Origin: Eledone cirrhosa
Taxonomy: Eukaryota
NCBI GenBank assembly: GCA_964016885.1
Contig: CAXHJY010000295.1
Location: 1 to 36,640 of the forward strand
DNA: 36,640 nt
Direction: 5' to 3'
The notes under the pieces are model-generated. The model saw nothing but the letters and a program-made list of their open reading frames with translations, was not told where the DNA came from and did no database searches. This document shows positions 26,728 to 36,640 of this stretch, piece by piece (the first letter of the stretch is position 1; the number at the start of each line of letters is the position of its first letter). The position numbers and the translations under genes were made by a program.

Positions 26728-27775
26728 TACTCTTTTACTCTTTTACCTGTGTCAGCCATCCGGCTGAGGCCATGCTGGGGCACCGCCCTTGTTGCTACAC
26801 ATTTTATCTCCAGCCTGTATAGGTTGGCCACTGGTGTAAGAGGGAGTTTGTTGCTGCTGCCCTTAGGTTTCCCTCGTGTCTTGCTGTGGGCTCATCCGGG
26901 ATCCTGGATAACAAGGTGTCGAGATGTTTCTTAAAGACATCCACCTCCACGTCATGCAAGTCTCTCAGATGCCTCGGCAGCCTGTTGAAGAGTTGAGGGC
27001 CCTTGAATCCCAGGCTATTGCAATAACTGCTCCTTATTATAGATGTGGAAGACGGGACCTTTGGCACCACACAGTGACGTCCTGTTCGACGGTTGGTCCA
27101 GCTCCCAATGCCAAAGTTTGGTGCTAGTCTCTCCAGGATTTTCCACATGTAGATCATTGCGTATGTCTCCCGTCTTCGCTCCAAGGAGTAGAGGTTCAGT
27201 TCCTTCAACCTCTCCCAGTTGCTTGTCTCCCTCATCTTGGCAATCCTCTTGGTGTAGCTTCGGTGGATTGCCTCAAGCTCCGTGGTTGGTTTGACACTAT
27301 GGGGTGACCACAACTGGGAGCAGTAGTCCAGGCGGCTTAGGACAAAAGTCCTCCACAGTGGCAACATGGTGTCTCGATCACTTGTCCGGAAAGTCCTCAA
27401 GATCCAGCCAGCGAGTCGTCTGCACATTGTCGCCACTTTCATGATGTGTGAAGAAAAAGATGCATCATCGCTCATGTCTATGTCCAGGTCTCGTATCGAT
27501 TTTGACACAGGGATATCGGTCCCTCCTGGTCCTGTGTAGCTGTGTTCCACTATATTTGTGTTTGCAGGTTTGTATTGTAGGGCTTGGAATTTGCCAGCAT
27601 TAAACTGCATGTTGTTTTCTTCCGCCCATCTGTATATGGCATCCAGATCCTGCTGTAAAAGGGCAGCGTCAGCCGGGTTTTTGATTGCCTGTGCTACCTT
27701 AGTGTCATCAGCATAGCTAGTGAGGGATGTTGTTGCATGCACCACAGAGGGCATGTCCGAGAGAGCCACCAAAAA
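26728..27775 (-). mobile_element. CR1-group LINE (second family), 5'-truncated just before YADD, with an 8-bp tandem tail
   Basis: [33 protein letters not shown]; stop at 26804; tail (GTAAAAGA)2GTA. Confidence 0.87.
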
Positions 27776-28067
27776 ATATATATACATATATATATATGTA
27801 TATACATATATATACATATATACATATACATACATATATATATATGTATATACATACATACATATATATGTATATACATATATATACATATATATATATA
27901 TGTATATACATATATATACATATATACATATATATATATGTATATACATATATATATATATGTATATACATATATATACATATGTATATACATATATATA
28001 CATATATATATACATATATATACATATATATACATATATATATACATATATATACATATATATATAC

Positions 28068-28100
<33 letters not shown>

Positions 28101-28124
28101 CATATATATATACATATATATATA
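27776..28124. repeat. (TA)n/(TACA) microsatellite, opposite polarity to most arrays
   Basis: C interruptions dominate on the + strand. Confidence 0.95.
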
Positions 28125-28125
28125 C

Positions 28126-28968
28126 GTTATTGCACCAGAGCACCGGCCACATGTAAAATCTATGTTCTTAGTTAACTTACCTGTGATCCCACTACATCTT
28201 TTATGCACCCATACTTTGCATTTGGGCCATAAAATGGAGTTTCTACCTACGCCTTTCCTACACACTGAGCATGGCCATTTCCCGGAAGGGACCGGCGCCT
28301 TATTTTCTTTATAGTAGGGGGCTAAGAACAGAGCCCTGATGAACACCAACTTTTACGCTAAACTCTTCACTATATTCGTTGTTAATTCTAACCTTGCTGA
28401 CTGTTTCTTTATACATGGCTTGTATAGCTCTCACAAGCCATTCATCAACACCTAGTTTTCTAAGAGCCCACCAGATAATGGAACGGGGGACTGTGTCGAA
28501 GGCTTTCTCCAAGTCGACGAGAAGTTAAGTATAGGGGTTTACTTTTAGCTAGGTACTTCTCCTGTAGTTGTCGTACAATGAAAAGAGCATCTGTGGTACT
28601 TTTGCCTGACACAAACCCGAACTGCATTTCATCTAGATCGATTCTCTCTCTGATTAGTTGCGCTATTACTTTTTCCGTGACCTTCATGACCTGGTCGATT
28701 AATTTAATGCCTCTATAGTTACTCCTATCTAGGGCGTCTCCTTTACCCTTGTAGCAGTTAATGATGATGCTGCTACGCGAGTCCTTCGGAACAACCCCAT
28801 TCTGTATGACTTGGTTTACTATCCGGGTGACCATGGTGTGTCCCACCGTTCCAGAGGCTTTCAGCATCTCAGCAACTATTTCCGAAGGCCCAGCCACCTT
28901 ACCCGTCTTCATATCTTTGATTGCCTTACTTATTATACTACCTTCGACTAACACTGCTGGTCCCTCTA
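28126..28968 (-). mobile_element. RTE family A internal fragment (RT to PHD), internal deletion, no 3' end
   Basis: Homologous to about 13578-14613; jumps from VLSPLL to KENKA at about 28312; frameshift near 28520. Confidence 0.9.
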
Positions 28969-29017
<49 letters not shown>

Positions 29018-29301
29018 AGAGAAATAGGACGAAGGTAAACAGTTACAAAAGGATTTAATCCACGTATTAACAATTGTTTCATCAGAATTTCAGTCCATTA
29101 TTACTACACTATGTCATAATAGGCAATCAAGAAAGATACTGTGACATCCGAACCCACAGAATCCCTACCAACCTGTTGAGTCACCTTAACGTATGTTGAT
29201 AACTTTCCTCACAACTTGTTCTACCAAGCTTTGGAATATTTCTAATTACTGAATTTATGCTCCTATCTGGTTGAGCCACCACTTCAACTTACGCCTTGGA
29301 C

Positions 29302-31627
29302 ATGGAAAAACATTACATCGGTATGTCCCTAAAGAATATACCTTTACCCAAAAGGAAGGATTACACTCTTGGAATGATCCAGCGCACCAATGATTTCATA
29401 CGCCGCGTCAGATGGAAAACATTCCACTTCGACAAAGGACGTAATGATTATACCGCTAACTCTGGAAAGAATACATGGGTTCAACTCCTGTAAAAACCCA
29501 CCCATTAACCCTCTACTGGACGCCTTTGAACAGGACTTACTTAAGATGGTCATGAATACTAAATATAAGAAGTTCAAAACCAATAAGCTTCATAAGGACA
29601 TAGATACCTTTCTTAACAAGCTGCGCACTACTCACGGGATTATTGTCAAAGCGGATAAAACATCTAACGTGTACACAATGGACATTAATACCTACCACGA
29701 CCTTATACGGAAGGAATTATATAAAAAATATAAGAAAACCAATAACCAAGCACTACTTAACATCAACAAACAGCACACCATATTGTCAAAAGTCTAGAAC
29801 TTGAAGATAGAACTGAGCCCATGACAACTTGCACCCCCACCTTTAATCTTAAGGACCACAAATTAGATTTCCTAGATAAACCCACAATTAGATTAATATG
29901 CCCTTCTAAGTCAGACATAGGTAAAATTAGCAAGCATATTTTAGATAGAATAATAATACAATTAAGGAATAAACTAGTTATTAAACTTTGGGACAATACT
30001 AGCGACACAATTAAATGGTTTAATAGTATAGATAACAAAAATACCTCTAACTTTATACAATTCGACATTAATGACTATTACTCCTCACCCGATACTCTAA
30101 ACAAGGCACTAGCATTTGCGAAAGCCAACTCTGACTTAACCGACGACGAAATAAACATCCTAGCAGCTAGAAAGACGATAATTAAATTTGAAAATAACTT
30201 TTGGGTACATAAGGATAGAATAGGTAACTTTGACATAACTATGGGTGTTAATGACTCAGCACAAGTTACGGATATTGTTGGTATATACATAGCCCACACC
30301 TTACATAATAAATTTAGTTACCTTCAAGGCGGAATATATCGAGACGACACTCTCCTATTAGTTAAAAACATGAATAAACAAAACATAGAACGAACCCGCA
30401 AGAGCATTAGAAGAACCCTAGATAGCCTTGGCCTTAAAATCACCTACGAATATAGTACCAAAGTAGTTAACTTCCTAGATGCCACCTTCAACCTCAACAC
30501 CCAAATTATCACACCCTTTCACAAAAACAATGAGAACCTCACCTACATCCACACTAGCTCTAACCACCCACTATCTATTATAAGGTCCGTGCCACATAGT
30601 ATATCACTTAGAATATCCCGCCTCTCATCTAACCAACAAATATTTGATCAACACGCTGAATATTACAACACTGCATTAGAACGGGCTGGCCACACCGACA
30701 AACTAGAATACATAGACCGACACAACCATAAAACACATAACCATAGACACGCCAAACGCCCCACAAACACTCGCACACACGCACCTAGACCCCCTAATAC
30801 TAACCACACCACAAAAACAACAGCAACATCAAAGCAAAACAGAACACGGAGTAGATCTTACATTTGGTATAATCCTATTTTTAACTCTTCTATTAGCTCT
30901 AACTTACCTTCCACATTCTACAAAATTATAAGAAAACACTTTCCAAATTCACATAAATATAGTAGTATACTTAATACCAAAACAATTAGACTATCTTATT
31001 CCACTGCACCAAACCTAGACGCACACATTAAGATGCTCAACGCCAAAAAACTCTGTAACAACAACACCCCAATCACTCAACACAATAATACACCTAATAC
31101 AGAACCACCCACTAACAAACAGTATGCACAAAACATACTCACACACACATCCCAGTCCACCTATAACTCCACCACTGCCCATAACAGAAATTGTAATTGC
31201 CACCTTCCAGAGACTTGTCCATTGAATAACGAATGTTTGCATTCAAACCTAGTGTACAGGTGCTCGGTTGAGTCGGGCAACCAAACCTGGCACTACATAG
31301 GCAGCACTGCAAACACCTTCAAAACTCGTTGGTACACGCATTGTTACGCAATAAAGCACCCCCAACACCGTTACGTAACGACCCTCGCTGACAAAATTTG
31401 ACACTTAAAAGGGAGTAACCAACAATACACCCTTAAATGGACCAAACTCTCACATTGCTCCTCCATACCGGAGTGGGATGAAAATGTGCTCGTTGTGTAA
31501 TAATGAGCTCTTCCATATCCTAAGCTCAGGCCACCAACTACTCAACAACAAAATTGAAAGGTCAATCTTTTGCCAGCATAAACTGAAAGCGAAATTCTCA
31601 CACTTCAAACCTTCAACTAAATCTTAA
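29302..31627 (+). pseudogene. Disrupted PLE polyprotein (RT plus C-terminal GIY-YIG endonuclease)
   Basis: N-terminal SLKNIP...RRVRW; RT motifs FDINDYY, TMG, YRDD, NFLD; CNC-x5-CPL-x3-C, LVY...YIG, FKTRW, CSLC, C-x-H. Frameshifts near 29460, 29780 and 31460; TGA at 31399. Confidence 0.88.
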
Positions 31628-31995
31628 CACTACTTTTCTACCCTAAATAACAATTCTACACTCCTAAAAATAGACTATATATGAAATTTAATACTTTCTT
31701 CCTTCACCTATTCTCTGATAAAACTTTTGCCTGTCCACTACCAAATGCCACTTAAAATTCTATCTTCCTTATCTCTCCCTCTACTCATCACAACTTTTAG
31801 CGCACAATCCTCCTCCCCCTCCCTTCTTGTAACTTAACTATATTCTATACAAATCCTCTCACACCACCCTATCTCTTTCTCTCCCTACCCCCGTCCCTTT
31901 TCTCTCTCTCTCCCTCTCTTTTTCCCCTCTCTCTCTTTGTTCCTCTATTTTACACTACTACCCCTTATTTCATTTCCTAAGGTCATTTCAACTTT

Positions 31996-32096
31996 GTATT
32001 TTGAAAATTCGGATGTCACAGTATCTTTCTTGATTGCCTATTATGACATAGTGTAGCAATAATGGACTGAAATTCTGATGAAACAATTGTTAATAC
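31996..32096 (+). ncRNA. Degenerate type-I hammerhead in a PLE pLTR
   Basis: GTATT-TTGAAAA (for CTGANGA)-t-TCGGA...TCTGA-t-GAAAC-AATT-GTT-AATAC; ATTAAA about 10 nt downstream. Confidence 0.6.
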
Positions 32097-32275
32097 GTGG
32101 ATTAAATCCTTTTGTAACTGTTTACCTTCGTCCTATTTCTCTTTTTTGATTACACTCCTCGTTTGTTCGTGTTTCCACCACAGAATCCCTACCAACCTGT
32201 TGAGTCACCTTAACGTATGTTGATAACTTCCTCACAACTTGTTCTACCAAGCTTTGGAATATTCCTAATTACTGA

Positions 32276-33502
<1,227 letters not shown>

Positions 33503-33716
33503 GATTTTTACCTACAAGCACTCTAGCGGACTGTCATCTCCACCTAGTTTCTTGCACGCAGCATCTATTTCCTTTCACTCTAACATCTCTAGGATTTCTC
33601 CTTTTCTTCCTTTCATTGTGCTTACGTTGATGGTGCAACCCGGAGTTTTGTGCATTCGCCATTACTTGTGGGAATGGGTGGATTTTTGTGAGGGAGTGTG
33701 TATGCTTTCTATCTCT
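33503..33716 (-). mobile_element. Inverted RTE 5' end (short leader plus endonuclease N-terminus), decayed
   Basis: Minus strand encodes [44 protein letters not shown], homologous to residues about 6-54 of the 1022-aa ORF. Confidence 0.8.
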
Positions 33717-33749
33717 GAATTAAATAATATATAATTAAATATATAATAT

Positions 33750-35665
33750 AGAGGGAAGCTAGGCGACAAGTATACTTAGCTAGAAGGGAAGCGGAGGATA
33801 GAACATTCAAACATGTTTTGCAGCATGAGTGATCAGGATTGCGAGGCAGCGTGTTAGAGAAAATTGTCATGTTATTAGAGAGAAGTGTGTCCAGAATGAT
33901 AAAGGTGAGCTTGCCCTCATAAGTGCCGAGAAGAAAGCTGCGTGGAAGAGCCATGATGAAAGATTACTAAATGAGGTGAATGCATGGGAGAAAGGGACTC
34001 TACTTCAAGTGGACCCTATAGAGGGACCAGCAATACAAGTCAGCAGCAGCGTAGTAAGTAAGGCAATTAAAGATATGAAGACTGGGAAGGCAACCGGTCC
34101 ATCAGGTATAGCTGCTGAGATGCTGAAAGCATCTGGGTCGGTAGGCCACACCATAACCACACGTATTGTTAACCAGGTAATACAAGAGGGTGTCATACCA
34201 AAGGATTGGCGCAGCAGCATCATTGTCAATTGCTACAAGAGTAAAGGAGATGCACTAGATAGAGAAAACTATAGAGGTATAAAGCTGATAGACCAGGTCA
34301 TGAAAGTAAACAGAAAGAGGGAGCAGTCAGCAAAGTTAGAGTTAACAATGACTATAGCGAGGAATTTAGCATACAGGTTGGTGTCCACCAGGGCTCTGTT
34401 CTTAGCCATCTCCTGTTATAGTATTGCAGGCTATAACAGAGGAGTTTAAGACCGGGTGCCCATGGGAACTTCTGTATGCAGATGATCTTACACTTATAGC
34501 TGAATCTATGGCAGAACTAAAGAAGAAATTCGAAACATGGAAGCAGAAACTAGAAAGAAGGGGTCTCAAAGTCAACCTGACAAAGACTAAGGTCCTTGTA
34601 AGTAGATGAGAAAATAGAACCCAGATCTCCTCAGGGAAATGGCCTTGCTCAGTATGTAGGAAAGGTGTAGGTAGGAATTCCATCCTCTGCCCCAAATGCA
34701 AACTATGGGTACACATGAGATGCAGTGGGAAGCTTAGTTAGGAATGTAGGCTTTACATGTAGCAGCTGCACCAGGACATTAAGCAGCAAACAGCCACAGG
34801 AAACAAGCACTACCAAACTCTGGGAGGGCTCTGTAGAAACAGTAGACAGCTTCTGCTACCTAGGTGACCAAATTAGCAGCGGAGGTGGGTGTTCTGAAAG
34901 TACAGTAACCAGGGTAAGAATGGGATGGAAGAAGTTCAGGGAGCTACTACCACTGGTAGCTGCAAAAGACCTTTCCCTCAAAATGAAAGGCAGACTGCAT
35001 GATGCGTGCATACGAACAGGAATGTTACATGGTAGTGAGACCTAGGCACTGTGTGTAGAAGACTTGCATAGATTAGAAAGAAACGAAGTTTGTATGCTCC
35101 GATGGATGTGTAATAGTAATATACGCGAATGGCAATGCATAAATGAATTGAGAGAGACTGAGCATAAGAGGAATCAAATGGTGTGTGCAGGAGAGGAGGT
35201 TGCATTGGTATGGACATGTGATGCATATGAAGGATGACAGCTGCATAAAAAGGTGCAGAGCACAAGTCGATGTAAGCCATGGAGTGGGGAAATCCAAGAG
35301 TGGGGAAGACCTGGAATGAGGTGATAAAAGCTGACCTTGTACCTCTCAAAGGCAATGACACAGGACCGTGACCTTTGGCTTCACGCAGTAATACAGAAGA
35401 CCTGATTTCCCACGGGAACAAGCCGAAGCTGAAGCATATAGACAATATGCCCCCCCCCCCCCCCCCCACGGAAAAAAAGCACCCGGCACTCACTGTAAAT
35501 GAGGTTGGTGTTAGGAATGGTATCCAGCTGTAGAAATCAAGCCAAAATCAGTTCCCATATGAGCAAGACAAGGTCACCCGACCTGGCATTGCCCACAACA
35601 GGACAACCCGTCTAACCCATGCTAGCGTGGAAGTATGGACGTAAAACGGTGATGATGATGATGAT
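33750..35665 (+). mobile_element. Older, decayed RTE family B-like copy
   Basis: [34 protein letters not shown]; many stops and indels; internal deletion at about 34310; family B-type 3' UTR and (GAT)n tail. Confidence 0.9.
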
Positions 35666-35865
35666 ATTATAAAAATGGATTAAAATAAAAAATTTTATTT
35701 CAATCCTATTATATCATGAAACAGCTCAAATATGCTTTAATACAGGCTAAAATGCATATTATGCAGAGCACTATTATTCAAATATTCAGGTACAATACTA
35801 AGTATATTACAATTAAGATTAAGAACATAACAAGCAAACAATTTAAAGAAAAAATATAATTTTAC

Positions 35866-36116
35866 CTGCATAATTGTCCATACCGTGCTTTCACCAACAC
35901 TAACTAATTAACATATTTAATTAACCAGTTAAGACTACATGGATTGTTAGTGGACTAGTACTAAAATAAACTAATTAATAGCTGTTTAAGAAAAGCTCTA
36001 ATTAAATTTTCTACTTTATTACTATAGTGCATTCACTCCATTACAAATATACATTTTGTCAGCACTCCTAGTATGGTTAACTCACATATGTGTCCAAACT
36101 CAAGAGCAGCCAGACT
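35866..36116 (-). other. Two candidate host micro-exons (36116-36086 and 35903-35866)
   Basis: ttttccag|31 nt|gtgagt and aattag|38 nt|gtaaaa; joined in frame they give SLAALEFGHIFSVGESTVWTIMQ. Protein not recognised. Confidence 0.3.
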
Positions 36117-36295
36117 CTGGAAAATAGTTTTCCTATTTTTTCCTATCGTCTTGGTAAATATAATACATATATATATATATAGTAATAATTTTATTTTATA
36201 TCATTAAATATAGCAATTACTTATAATCCTTTGCAGGTTAAGCAAACTTTCTATATAGAAATATATATATGTTTGTCTCTATTTTGACTCAGATG

Positions 36296-36640
36296 TACCG
36301 TATATACTTGCGTATAGATCACCCCAGCAGATATGCCGCATACCAACTTTTCATTTAACAAATAAGCTATTTGCCATTGACCCGCAGATAGGTCGCACTG
36401 AAATTTAGGCCGTCAAACTACTATTTTTTATGACAATTGAAACTAATAATCTGTTAGCTTTCCATTACTTCGTCCTTGCAATATATACTCCAAAACATGT
36501 TTTATTTATAAAATAAACATTAACGTCATCGAAATCTCGTCAATTCGAGATTACTGCGAAATAAAGCCTTTAAGCGCGAAAATTTACTCTTAATATAGTG
36601 AAACAACTTGAAATAACACATGTTTTTTAACGTTGAAAGT
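36296..36640. mobile_element. Possible end of a Tc2/pogo-like DNA transposon or MITE
   Basis: TA followed by CCGTATATACTTGCGTATAG, with subterminal GCAGATA(T/G)G(C/T)CGCA repeats; partner end not in the window. Confidence 0.4.

Larger units (their letters stand above)
29013..32277 (+). mobile_element. Near-complete Penelope-like element, Naiad-type, with 5' inverted pLTR and 3' partial-tandem repeat
   Basis: 140-bp inverted repeat 29013-29152 / 32008-32147 (1 mismatch); ~100-bp direct repeat 29154-29254 / 32178-32277; RT and GIY-YIG ORF in between; flanked by (TA)n. Confidence 0.9.

Noticed and set aside
31399-31401. In-frame TGA in the Naiad-type ORF as selenocysteine recoding (reported for some Naiads)
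   Set aside because: It aligns with Trp in the related element (NKTWQL vs DKI*HL), so it is a TGG-to-TGA nonsense change; the Cys positions use normal codons and the ORF is also frameshifted.

Overview
Eukaryotic, repeat-saturated DNA. By inference it is from an invertebrate, possibly a cephalopod-type genome; nothing here looks prokaryotic. About 40% of the window is (TA)n/(TATG)n microsatellite, and the rest is mostly retroelements sitting between these arrays. RTE-clade LINEs: one full-length copy with an uninterrupted 1022-aa APE-RT-PHD ORF (9222-12290) and about ten truncated copies of two related families (A and B), most ending in (GAT)n tails. Other non-LTR elements: two 5'-truncated CR1-group LINEs and a probable bipartite RTE/BovB-like non-autonomous element. 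Penelope-like elements (PLEs, Naiad-type): one nearly complete decayed copy and one truncated copy. The most notable unannotated structure is a set of type-I hammerhead ribozyme motifs: one complete (7530-7641, minus strand), one near-complete stand-alone copy (25126-25272), one degenerate (31996-32096) and one half motif inside a hairpin (17895-17923). Four fold-back insertions share one architecture: an inverted piece of the terminal repeat abutting (TA)n, a body of 7 nt to 2.85 kb, a direct copy of the repeat, then an extension. In addition, a module from the 5' UTR of the intact RTE reappears in the 3' UTR of families A and B, the RTE copies alternate orientation in tail-to-tail pairs, and two candidate host micro-exons lie near the right end. 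All Tyr/Ile-rich ORFs are microsatellite artefacts. Everything was read by eye, with no database searches.
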